Source: an uncultured archaeon
GTDB lineage: Archaea > Thermoproteota > Nitrososphaeria > Nitrososphaerales > Gagatemarchaeaceae
NCBI GenBank assembly: GCA_963799775.1
Contig: CAWCYD010000003.1
Coordinates: 1,664,001-1,728,000, forward strand
Reading direction: 5' to 3'
DNA: 64,000 bases
Below the pieces are notes generated by a model. It did no database searches, was not told the origin of the DNA, and saw nothing but the letters and a program-made list of their open reading frames with translations. Position 1 is the stretch's first letter. Each line of letters starts with the position of its first letter. Of this stretch, positions 1 through 8,589 are shown piece after piece. Position numbers and translations under genes: made by a program.

Positions 1-416
1 ATCACGACTGAAAACCCGTTCTTTTTCAGGTAGTTTGCAAACTTGGCCACCGTCGTGGTCTTTCCCGTCCCGTTTATCCCCAAAAAGAGTATCTTGAACG
101 GCTCGCCCTTCTCCTTGCTCTGCCTCACCCTCTGCAGCACGTCGATGTCCCCCACTTGGGAGAATATCGAGAGCACCTCTCCACGGAGCTTCTCCTTCAC
201 CATGTCCTGGATGTCTTTGGACCGCTCCATCGAGACCCCCAGGAGCTGCTTCTTCAGGTCTGCCGTGACCTTCTCAACGACGTTTTGGGCGACGTCGCTC
301 TCCATCAGCGCGAGCTGGAAGTTGAAGAGGGAGTCGTCGAGGTCATTATCAGAGAGCTTCTTCTCCGAGACGGCTTTCGCGAGTGAGGAGAAAGCCCCCT
401 TTAGCTTCTCAAACAT
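1..416 (-). CDS. ftsY: Signal recognition particle receptor FtsY, N-terminal part (runs off the window)
   Basis: Manual translation from the ATG at 416 gives MFEKLKGAFSSLAKAVSEKKLSDNDLDDSL...ILFLGINGTGKTTTVAKFA, i.e. N domain plus G1 P-loop; ATG overlaps the prefoldin stop. Confidence 0.92.
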   Translation of the reverse strand, partial: MFEKLKGAFSSLAKAVSEKKLSDNDLDDSLFNFQLALMESDVAQNVVEKVTADLKKQLLGVSMERSKDIQDMVKEKLRGEVLSIFSQVGDIDVLQRVRQSKEKGEPFKILFLGINGTGKTTTVAKFANYLKKNGFSVV

Positions 417-864
417 TACTTTGGCTGACCTGGCTGCGCTGCCTGGTGCTCCTGCCTGTCGATGAAAGCCTGCAGGGCCCTGCGGTCCGACTCCAGCCTC
501 TGCGCGATCTGGTTCCTCTGCGAGAGGATGGTGATGATGTTCTCCTCGAGCTCCTTCGACCTGGTCTCCAGGCACCTTCTCCGCCTCCTCCCTCGTCTTC
601 TCGATGACGACGTTCGCGCCGACACCCATCAGGACCTTGTCCGACTTGGGCGGCGAGGCGCGGAGCAGGACGCCGGCTCCGACCGGGACCAGGAACCTCG
701 TCGGTGGAAGCGGAGCCGATGTCCTTGATTGTCTCTAGCGAGGCGCGGCTCTCGATGAGCATCCGCTCGAGGAGGCCCTGCCTGTTGGTCAATTCGTTGT
801 AAGTTGATTCTAACATCCTTGACTCCATGAGGAGCCTATTCATCCTCTCTTCTTCGGAACTCAA
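416..864 (-). CDS. pfdA: Prefoldin alpha subunit (apparent frameshifts near 600-690)
   Basis: Coiled-coil N-terminus; EVLVPVGAG...DKVLMGVGANVVIEK hairpin in an alternative frame; conserved eIF6-pfdA-ftsY order. Confidence 0.85.
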
Positions 865-910
865 GTTCGGAAGGAACGAACCCCTCGGGGCTTTTTAAGG
901 TGAGTGCGGC

Positions 911-1577
911 TCAGACCTTCAGGGCGCGGGTAAGGAAGACCAGCTCAGGTCCATGTCGTGAGATAGCCGGCCACCGCGTTCCTCGTGTTCGCGACGACCC
1001 CTGAAGCCGGGAAGGGTATCCCGCCGTTGACGGAGGAGGCGGAGACCTCGACGCCGAGCACCTTGCCGATCTCCTCCGCCTCTTGCTCGGTGCCGCGCGG
1101 CGAGACGGCCGCTCCGCTGTCGGTGGCGACCGTCATGGCGCCCACCTGCGCGAAGTCTCCGATCGTCATGACGCGGGCCTTGATTCCGAGAGCGGCCTCG
1201 ACCTGCGCGACGGCGTGCTGCTCGAGCACAGGAGAGACCACAGCTCCGTTGTCGTTTGCGGCCACCAGGTTCCCGATGGCGGTGAACCTCGACTCGAGCC
1301 GTGATACTTTGAGGCCCGTCTTGGACGAGATCTCCTCCATCTCAAAGTCCTCAGCCATGCGGGAGACGATGACACCCTTGTTGTTCATGGCGACCAGGGG
1401 CCCGAGCAGCCGGGTGCCGCCTATCGAGGTCGGGCAGGGCAACACCTCGAGGTCTGCCGCGATCTTCTCGACTTTGGTGCCGGCGACGCCCTTGGGGACC
1501 AGGACGGCGGTGTCGTTTGCCTTTAGGAAGATCCCGATGTTCGGACTTCGGTAAAGGTCTACGAGGTTTAGACCCAT
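911..1577 (-). CDS. eif6: Translation initiation factor 6 (frameshift near 950; true C-terminus GPELVFLTRALKV)
   Basis: SPNIGIFLKAN, TAIGNLVAANDNGAVVSP and SVNGG motifs; directly downstream of rpl31e. Confidence 0.93.
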
Positions 1578-1862
1578 TTAGGATGACGCTTCGGTGGGTG
1601 GCAGCCGGACCGAGACCACACCGTCCTCATCCCTCTCCATCTCGAGCTTGATGCGGCGAGGTGGATTTGTAATACCACGGGCCCACAGGAGCAGGTTGAC
1701 ATCCTCGTCTATCTTGACCTCGGTGGCCTTCATGTGGCGTGTGGTGAATTCGCGGATTATCCTGATTGCGACCTTGGTCCGCCTATACTTGGGCGCCTCG
1801 AAGGCCCGCCTCAGAGGGACCATGTGCACCCTCGTCAGTGGCTCGATGTTTGTTGAGGACAT
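1578..1862 (-). CDS. rpl31e: 50S ribosomal protein eL31
   Basis: RRTKVAIRIIREF...VKIDEDVNLLLWARGITNPPRRI signature. Confidence 0.95.
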   Translation of the reverse strand: MSSTNIEPLTRVHMVPLRRAFEAPKYRRTKVAIRIIREFTTRHMKATEVKIDEDVNLLLWARGITNPPRRIKLEMERDEDGVVSVRLPPTEASS

Positions 1863-1896
1863 ACTGGCTCTATCTCCCTATTTCTCGGCGCTATCT

Positions 1897-2055
1897 CTAC
1901 TTGAACCCGAGCTTCGTCCTTCTCCAGGTCCTGTGGTTCTTGTTCGCCCTTACCTTCCTGTTGGTCCTGGCGATGACCCAGGTGGGGATGGAATAGTTCT
2001 CCTTCCTCGCCTTCATCAGGCGGTTCTTCTTCGACGCGTCTTTGTTTCTTCCCAA
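1897..2055 (-). CDS. rpl39e: 50S ribosomal protein eL39 (52 aa, not in the ORF track)
   Basis: Manual translation MGRNKDASKKNRLMKARKENYSIPTWVIARTNRKVRANKNHRTWRRTKLGFK with TTG start; expected position upstream of rpl31e. Confidence 0.93.
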   Translation of the reverse strand: MGRNKDASKKNRLMKARKENYSIPTWVIARTNRKVRANKNHRTWRRTKLGFK

Positions 2056-2061
2056 GTCTCT

Positions 2062-2358
2062 CTATATCCTCCTGATCTTGAACTCTCTCTTCGCCGTCCC
2101 CTGGATGCTCGACAGGAGCTCCTTGAGCTGCTCGTCGTCGATCGTCCTCTTGAGCCTCCCCGATGAGGCGAGCTGGATGATGTACTCCTCAATCGCGTTT
2201 GCTACGTCGGGCTTGACCATCCTTACGTTGGTGAGGCGCTGCCTGGCCTCGGAGGTAAGTGCTATCCTCATCACGTTCTCGCGCATGGCACGCTGCTTGG
2301 AGGCGTCTTCCTGCGCCCCGGCTCTTGCCTGAACGTCCCTGTGCTGCTCGTCCATCAT
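2062..2358 (-). CDS. PDCD5-family dsDNA-binding protein
   Basis: LTSEARQRLTNVRMVKPDVANAIEEYIIQLASSG...IDDEQLKELL motif; conserved neighbour of rps19e. Confidence 0.9.
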   Translation of the reverse strand: MMDEQHRDVQARAGAQEDASKQRAMRENVMRIALTSEARQRLTNVRMVKPDVANAIEEYIIQLASSGRLKRTIDDEQLKELLSSIQGTAKREFKIRRI

Positions 2359-2362
2359 AGAA

Positions 2363-2818
2363 TCAACTATACCTTTCCAGTGCGGGGTTCTGCTTCACGA
2401 GTTCCTTAAAAATATCTTTGCTGACCTTGTCCAGAAGAGCCACGCCCTTGGGGGTGAGCACCCTCCCGGCGTTACCCTGCTTTGCGACGAGCTCCGCCTT
2501 CTCCAGCCCCTTCAGGATGTTCCTGATCGCCGAGCTTCCCGAGTCCCTGTGGTGCTTGGGGAAGTAGCCTAGCTGCTTGCTGCCCCCGTATGCAATCTCG
2601 AGTCTCTCGATGCCCACAGGCCCGCGCATGTACACCTTCCTCATGAGGGAGGCGGCCCTCACATACCACCAGTCCTGCCTCTGCGGCGGTCTATCGGCGT
2701 GGGAGCCTGTCTTCACGAAGGACGCCCAGGTGGGAGGCTCGATCTCCGGCACCCGCTTGAGATGCTCGGCGAGCGTTTCAATCAACTTGTCCGCTGGGAC
2801 GTCGTGTACTTTGACCAT
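2363..2818 (-). CDS. rps19e: 30S ribosomal protein eS19
   Basis: PTWASFVKTGSHADRPP...WWYVRAASLMRKVY signature. Confidence 0.96.
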   Translation of the reverse strand: MVKVHDVPADKLIETLAEHLKRVPEIEPPTWASFVKTGSHADRPPQRQDWWYVRAASLMRKVYMRGPVGIERLEIAYGGSKQLGYFPKHHRDSGSSAIRNILKGLEKAELVAKQGNAGRVLTPKGVALLDKVSKDIFKELVKQNPALERYS

Positions 2819-2870
2819 TCGTGCTCTCTTCTCCGGATTTGCAATTTGTCCAGCCCTCCCCCTTCAATAT

Positions 2871-3176
2871 TTAAGGCTGACCCAGCGATTTTCGGTTGAC
2901 GCGGCCGCAATTCGCGCAAGTCGTCAGGAGGAACCCCTTGACGACCCGGACCCTGGCGTTGACCCCGGGGACGATGAGCTCCTTGCACCCGTGGCAGTAG
3001 AACTTCTTGAGGTTCCAGCCGAACCTGACGTTGTACTTCAGCATGAGGTCCCTAGCGAGGGAGGCCTGCTGCTTGGCGAGGGGAAGGTCGTCCTTGGCCG
3101 TCGAGGTCGAGAGCTGGATCAGCGCCCTGGCGGCGGTCGCGGCCTGCATCTTGGCTTCACCCTTCTTCTTCCTCAA
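2871..3176 (-). CDS. rnp4: RNase P protein component 4 (Rpp21)
   Basis: Helical N-terminus, YCHGC...PGVNARVRV...TCANCG zinc ribbon; neighbour of rps19e. Confidence 0.88.
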   Translation of the reverse strand: MRKKKGEAKMQAATAARALIQLSTSTAKDDLPLAKQQASLARDLMLKYNVRFGWNLKKFYCHGCKELIVPGVNARVRVVKGFLLTTCANCGRVNRKSLGQP

Positions 3177-3250
3177 CGGCGGGATGGTCTCACTCGTCGC
3201 TCGCGCAACTGATTTATCGCGAGCCGAAAAGTCTTGCCTGACTTGTCTTC

Positions 3251-3917
3251 ATGCTCCACTTTGTGATTGGGGAAGCGGCGCTCGAGCTGATTCCGGAGGA
3301 GCTCTGGCGGGGCACCCTCGGTCAAGAGCGACGCGGCCCGGCGCGACCTCAGGCCCGGGGACATCCTACTTGACAGGAGCACCCACCACTCCGCAATGCT
3401 CAAGCTTCAAGACGGGTATCGACGGGGAAGGCCAGACCTCGTCCACCTGACTCTGCTCAGCGTGACTAGCACACCCCTTCACCAGGAAGGCAAGGCCCGG
3501 GTCTACATCCAGACGATCGACGGGAATTCTCTTGAGTTCGGCGAAGGGGCGCGCCCACCCAAGAGCTACGCGAGGTTTAGGAATCTCATGGAGAAGTTGC
3601 TTGCAGAGAAGCCTGAAGAGGGCCTCGTGAGGGTGAGCGAAGAGACACTCCCGGAGCTCCTGAGAAGGATAGGGACAGACGACGCCGTGGGACTGTCAGT
3701 TCAAGGTGCCTCCATGCCTCTCGAGTCTCTCGCAGGCGACCTTGTGCAAAGAAAGAACCCTGCTGTCGTGGTGGGAGGGTTCCCAAGGGGGCATTTTCTC
3801 ACGGGCGACCTGAAGGCCTTCGACAGGCTGGTGAGGATCGACCAGCGGGCGCTCGACGCGCATGTCGTGGCGGCACGGGTGGTCTACGAATTCGAGAAGG
3901 CTCTCCGCTCGAAGTGA
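3251..3917 (+). CDS. nep1: Nep1/Emg1 16S rRNA pseudouridine N1-methyltransferase (frameshift near 3310)
   Basis: MLHFVIGEAALELIPEE..., LLDRSTHHSAM, RRGRPDLVH, RPPKSYARF and VVGGFPRGHF SPOUT motifs. Confidence 0.92.
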
Positions 3918-3922
3918 TTACT

Positions 3923-3928
3923 AAAAAA
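3923..3928 (-). terminator. U-tract terminator for the minus-strand transcript
   Basis: A6 on + (U6 on -) just after the 3' strand of the terminal stem at 3931-3944. Confidence 0.55.
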
Positions 3929-4518
3929 GGGGGATATTCGGGGTCAGTGCTCGCGCGGTCGTCACGCTAAATCCCCTTGGAGGGGAGACGGTCTAGGACT
4001 TCAGCCGTTTCTAAGACACGTGCCGCCACTGTCTCATTCGTTGCATTAGCACCATGTTCAGTCCGACCTGCTCCACTGACGTCAGGCTTGTCAGAGGAAT
4101 ACAGGTATTCATTCCTCAAATGGTGCCAAGAGGCATCCGCACTCACGGCAAACGGATGGCCGCAAAGGCGCAGTCCACGGCAGAGGATTGCCAGAGAAGC
4201 AAGCCTGTCTCTGTCGTAGTCTACACCGCATTTGACGCACCTGCTCACAGCCCAAGTTGGGTGCTCTAATTTGCCACCGCAGACGGGACATTCGGATGAA
4301 GTCCCTCTTGGGTTCACGTAAAGGGTGCGATTTTGAGATTTGTAATCAATCATAGATTGGTAGAGTCGGTATGGCCACCGATTGAGATAGGTCCTCAACC
4401 GCTTGCCCTTCGGTTCTTCGTCGCTCCTTATCCCTTTGAGATTCTCGAAAATGAAAGACGCGCCGGAATAGGTTCTGACCATCTTGGTTGATAGCTTGTG
4501 AAGTGTATCTTTGATTCT

Positions 4519-4672
4519 CCCATGTCGTCGTGTTCTGCATATTTATGCTGGACGGAAGGGCATTCTCCCATTCGCTCTCTTTGGAGCATTGTGGCTTTCG
4601 CGGTAGCCTGTGGCCCAACCTGTTCCACGCGCTCTGAGGCGCAAGAACCTAACGGGCTCTAGCTCTTTTTGC
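4519..4672 (-). ncRNA. Putative IS110 bridge/seek RNA in the 3' non-coding end
   Basis: Contains ATTCTCCCAT (4562-4571), identical to the junction at 4514-4523, and ACCTGTTC (4618-4625), identical to the junction at 5695-5702; both include the CT core. Confidence 0.65.
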
Positions 4673-5648
4673 TCAGCCGTCCAGCCTGAAGGTCTGTTCC
4701 TCCTTCAGCATGATGTACATGGCCCGCATGAGCTTCCTCGCTGCGGCCACGATCGCCACCTTCTCGCCCCTCCTCTTCGCGAGCTCCACGTAGAATTTCG
4801 TTATCGAGGAGTCGCACCACCTCACGTGGACGCGCGTGCACTGGACCATTATCCAGTTCAGCATCACGCTCCTCGTCCTGTTGGGTGTCGAGTGGCTCTT
4901 GTCCGCCGACTGTCTCAACCCTGGCACGAGGCCTGCGTACGAGCAGAGGTGCTCGTGGTCGGCGAATCTGTTCACGTCTGCGATCTCGCTCGATATCAGG
5001 AGGGCCGAGTAGTGGGAGACGCCGGGTATCGTGACGAGGAGCTTCGCATACTTGTCCTGCAGGGCGACCCCCTTCACCTTCAGGTCGAGCTCCCCGATCT
5101 TCCCGTCCAGGAACTCGATGGTGTCCATGTAGTCGTCCACCGCGTCGATGTGGAGGGACCATCAGGAACTTCCTCCCTTCCCGCGTGAAGACGTCGCCCT
5201 CGTGCTTCACCCATCGCTTCGCGAGCTCCGCCTTCACCTTGCTCTTGAACCCGGTGCGCGTCTCGACGAGGTGATGCCTCCTCCTGACGAGGTCCCTGAC
5301 CTCCCTGGTCTTCTCGTCCGGCACGTAGGACTCGGGTATCATGTCCGCCCTCAGCAGGTCCACCAGCGTCCTCGCGTCGACCTTGTCCGTCTTCACCTTT
5401 GCGTAGGCGATGGCCTTCACCATCAGCGGATGCGCGACCTTCACGTCGTATCCCTTCTCCTTCAGCACGTCGCGGATGTGCTGATGGTTGTACCCGGACT
5501 CCATGACGACGCTCGCATTTGTGCCGTCGAGGAATTCCAGTATCTTTTCTTCGTCCTTCGCCACCTTCGACTCCCTCATCACCTTTCCAGCGTCGTCCTT
5601 GAGGACGCACTGTATCGATTTCTCGTGCAGGTCTAGCGCGGCATACAT
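4673..5648 (-). CDS. IS110 transposase/recombinase (frameshift near 5155)
   Basis: DEDD residues in ALDLHEK, VMES and KTDKVDA; C-terminal LLVTIPGV...SYAGLVPGLRQSA and KVAIVAAARKL. Confidence 0.93.
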
Positions 5649-6591
5649 GCTAGTGGCTGTGGCTTTCCTTCGCCTTATCTTCTGCGAGCATCCCACCTGT
5701 TCATTTGTCTACCTCTCGTCTGCCTAAGCTTCTTCTCCCTCTTTTGCCGGTTGTTGACATGAAGCTGAATCGCCCTTCTCCTTCTTGAGAAGTCGTTCTG
5801 GATTCGGACAATGGTCGCAATTGTCTTTGTGTTGACCTGTTCTAGCTTCGTCCCGTCAGTTTCCAACCGCGCCACAGTCGAGTCTACTGTTGCGAAATTC
5901 AAGTCTGAAGCAACTAACTCTAGCCCGAGAGCCTTGTTCGCGATGCCAACCGCAAAAGTCAGACAGACTTTGCGATCGGTAATTAGAAGTTCAGCAGGTC
6001 GGCCTGATGAATATCCCAAGAAGTGCTTGTTCTTGGTGTTCATTGCAATCCAAGTGTACTTCTTAGGTTGAAGAGTCACTCTGACTCGGCTATCGACAAC
6101 CTTCATCAGTTCTCCATCAATTCTCATTGCAAGCTTCTTCACTTCAGGGATTCTTACTTCCCCGTGGTTGTTCTTTCTATGTGACCTTAGTATTGCCACT
6201 GCAGCTCTGCAAACTGGGTTGATGTGGTGCCTCGCATAGTCATACTTTGTGTAGAACCAGCCCTTTATCTCCCTCCTTAACTGAATAGGCGACGGCATTC
6301 TGCCTTCTCGAATCGCGTATCTAGATGCCTCGACTAGCGAGTACTTGATTGCCTCCTGCATATCTCTGAGATAGGCGAGCAGAAGATCGTCGGGTTCGTA
6401 ATACCAGGAGATTGTTCTCTTTTCTCCGCTAGATTTCCAGGGGTGTATTTGTATTAACCTCCGTCGATGCTTTCTAACAGGCTCAGGCCCTATAAGCACC
6501 CATTTCATGCCATGGGTTACTTTCGTGGCATTGTGGAGGATTGTTACCCGCCCAAACCCTCAATATCCCGAATAATTCCCCCTCTCATCGT

Positions 6592-6687
6592 GCGGTCGTC
6601 GTCCAGTCTGGTCTAACGTCTATAGACGTGCCAAAAGGACTTCAGCCCTCCAAGCTGGCAACCAGGGTTCAAATCCCTGCGACCGCA
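6592..6687 (+). tRNA. tRNA-Gly (anticodon read as TCC) with a 21-nt D-loop BHB intron at 6615-6635
   Basis: Acceptor GCGGTCG/CGACCGC plus A73; D stem GTCC/GGAC; BHB motif TGGT-CTA-ACGTCTATAGACGT-GCCA-AAA; anticodon stem TCAGC/GCTGG with loop CCTCCAA; T arm CAGGG-TTCAAAT-CCCTG. Confidence 0.88.
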
Positions 6688-6793
6688 CACTTACGATTAG
6701 AACCCTTGGCGTCCAAATCGCTCGAAGCGGTAAGAAGACGATTTGCTGTTGCGAGTCTCTAAAATAGCCCCTGTGCCCTAATGAAATTGGGCC

Positions 6794-8470
6794 GTGGTAA
6801 GGCAGAGATGGCTCGCATTCGCGACTGTTATCGTCGCAGCACTAATCCTAGGAGTCGCTCTTGAAATCATCAATCCACCGCCTAGTCATCAAACCGGCAG
6901 CAGTTCGATCTCCAGCATAGCCACGGCGAACTTGATTCCTACCTCGACTACATCCTCAATTCAATCTTCTTCTTCGGCGACGAGGCCCAACGTGAACTCT
7001 GCAACAACCAGCACGACCGAAACGACCTCCGCAACTCCGCCCTTGTGGACCTACTCGAGCAATGGAACGATCAACTCAATCTCTATGAGTGGCAAAGGCG
7101 AGTACACTGCAGTGGGAGTAGGTTATGGGGAGACCGGTGGAGCGGTCCTCCTTTTCGATAGGGGCGGCGACCTCCTCTGGCAGTATCAAACCGACATGAT
7201 AATTACGCATGTCGCAATTTCGGACAACGGCTCCCATATCGTGGCGACTGGGTTCCAATACCCGCCTACCCTTCCGAGCATCCTGTCCAAGGCCGCAACA
7301 GCGATCTACGCGCTCGACTCGGACGGAAGCGTAGCTTGGACTCGAACTGCATCTAGTGCGCGAGACCTCTCTTTCGAGGGGGCAATATCCTCGGATGGGC
7401 TCCTAGTGGCAGTTGCCAGTCCCGATGCTTCCCTTGCTGTGTTGGATTGGCAAGGTCAGGTACTCTGGAATGACTCTGCCCCCGTTGCGAATGCTCCAGT
7501 GGTTTTTCAGAACGGAAGCCTCTTCGTCGACGGCACCAATGGGACTTCGGTCTTCGGGCCTAGCGGTAATTTATTGTGGACGGACAACGGAGCGAATAAC
7601 GTCTGGTCGGGTGGTGTTGCGATAACGCCAACTGGATACTTGGTGGCGACGTCTTACGATGCTGGGGACAACAATCCGGGTATGATCATGCTTCTCTCAG
7701 GTAATGGTACCCTCTTGTGGGAACATACCGACGAGAGCGGGGCTTACTCTGCAGCAGTGCTTCCGGATGGGTCTTCCGTCGCTTTTACAGCCGCCGAGGG
7801 GCGAGTTCTGTTTTTCAGCCGGAATGGGACTCTCCTTGGCGATCTCACTACCCCTTCTGATTATCCGAGTGTTTTTCCAGCTCCGAAGGACAGCTTCCTC
7901 GTCGGCGGTGGACACAGCAGCGGACTGTGGCTCTTCAATTCCACTGGGGGGCAAACGTGGAGCTATCCTCTGAAGGATGTCGGCACGGTATCGATTTCGA
8001 GTGACGCCAATTTTGCGGCCGCGTCGAACGGCACTGGCGCGCTCGCTCTAGAACGCCAAAAGGCTCCTCTGAGCACCCTTTACTTCTTCAGTATGTCGAT
8101 GGCAACGGTGATGAATCCATTACACAAGGTGACTTTCCAGCAGGTAAGGTATTGCAACCAATACAACATCCTACCTTGGGCAGTAACGCTCGAGGGGATT
8201 ACCCAAGTCCAACCGCATAATCAGACCCTCCCGCTTCCGTCTAATACATTCTCCACCGTGGTTCCGGACCAGAACCTAACGCGCATTAACTTCGATGTCC
8301 TTTCTGGGACTTACAACTACACGATCATCGGTGGGGCACCTCCGGGTGGCGAGCTTTACGTGGGCAACGGGTACCAGAGTGGAACAGTTATCGTGAATGG
8401 CTCTGATGTTACCGTGAGCGTTGGGGTACAGCTCAGCTTCACGTGCACCTCATCAACCAAAGCTCCGTAA
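6794..8470 (+). CDS. Secreted or anchored beta-propeller (WD40/PQQ-like) protein with Ser/Thr linker and C-terminal surface domain
   Basis: N-terminal hydrophobic helix, S/T-rich stalk, repeated 'GxxLW' and 'AISSDG' blades. Confidence 0.75.
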   Translation: MVRQRWLAFATVIVAALILGVALEIINPPPSHQTGSSSISSIATANLIPTSTTSSIQSSSSATRPNVNSATTSTTETTSATPPLWTYSSNGTINSISMSGKGEYTAVGVGYGETGGAVLLFDRGGDLLWQYQTDMIITHVAISDNGSHIVATGFQYPPTLPSILSKAATAIYALDSDGSVAWTRTASSARDLSFEGAISSDGLLVAVASPDASLAVLDWQGQVLWNDSAPVANAPVVFQNGSLFVDGTNGTSVFGPSGNLLWTDNGANNVWSGGVAITPTGYLVATSYDAGDNNPGMIMLLSGNGTLLWEHTDESGAYSAAVLPDGSSVAFTAAEGRVLFFSRNGTLLGDLTTPSDYPSVFPAPKDSFLVGGGHSSGLWLFNSTGGQTWSYPLKDVGTVSISSDANFAAASNGTGALALERQKAPLSTLYFFSMSMATVMNPLHKVTFQQVRYCNQYNILPWAVTLEGITQVQPHNQTLPLPSNTFSTVVPDQNLTRINFDVLSGTYNYTIIGGAPPGGELYVGNGYQSGTVIVNGSDVTVSVGVQLSFTCTSSTKAP

Positions 8471-8589
8471 TGAACCAACGGGATGCTATGGGAAGCCCCA
8501 CCGATTTGAACGCAAACCTTCAAATTCGCTGCGACCGCACAGTTCAAACTCATTAGACGCCTGCTTTGACCTCGGAAGTCCCGGCTGCG

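Larger units (their letters stand above)
4519..5698 (-). mobile_element. IS110-family element (1180 bp) with duplicated CT core
   Basis: Ends fixed by restoring the tnpB frame: gattCT|cccatg at 4517-4518 and cccacCT|gttc at 5697-5698; contains the transposase plus about 150 nt of 3' non-coding end. Confidence 0.88.
3967..6508 (-). pseudogene. tnpB: TnpB (IS200/IS605-type RNA-guided nuclease) split by an IS110 insertion
   Basis: RuvC-I VASDLN in the 5' piece; RuvC-II FENL, NPRGTSSECPVCG...CVKCG Zn finger and RuvC-III DRDRLASLAI in the 3' piece; removing 4519-5698 restores ...RQMNRIKDTLHKLSTKMV in frame. Start codon uncertain. Confidence 0.9.
3931..6569 (-). ncRNA. Putative structured RNA with two antisense elements to the adjacent tRNA-Gly; 5' part about 6569-6470, 3' part about 4050-3931, interrupted by tnpB and IS110
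   Basis: Terminal stem GGGATATTGAGGGT (6569-6556) with ACCCCGAATATCCC (3944-3931), 12 of 14 bp; long-range TGCCAC (6530-6525) with GTGGCG (4029-4024); hairpin ACCCAT/ATGGGT (6517-6498); 17-nt and 13-nt complementarity to tRNA-Gly; 3' U-tract. Strand is inferred. Confidence 0.6.

Noticed and set aside
3951-4006. A second tRNA-Gly gene, a split-tRNA half, or an att site
   Set aside because: There is no D-stem 5' strand, anticodon loop, T arm or BHB-forming leader. The match is to the 5' half and to the spliced junction, unlike typical 3' att duplications. It is treated instead as antisense elements.
3931-4050. RNase P RNA, given the proximity of rnp4
   Set aside because: The universally conserved GAGGAAxxUCC and AACAGAAxxxGGCUUA (P4) segments are not found on either strand.
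4346-4628. Short ORFs in the IS110 3' end
   Set aside because: They overlap the non-coding end and the tnpB junction and show no protein motifs.
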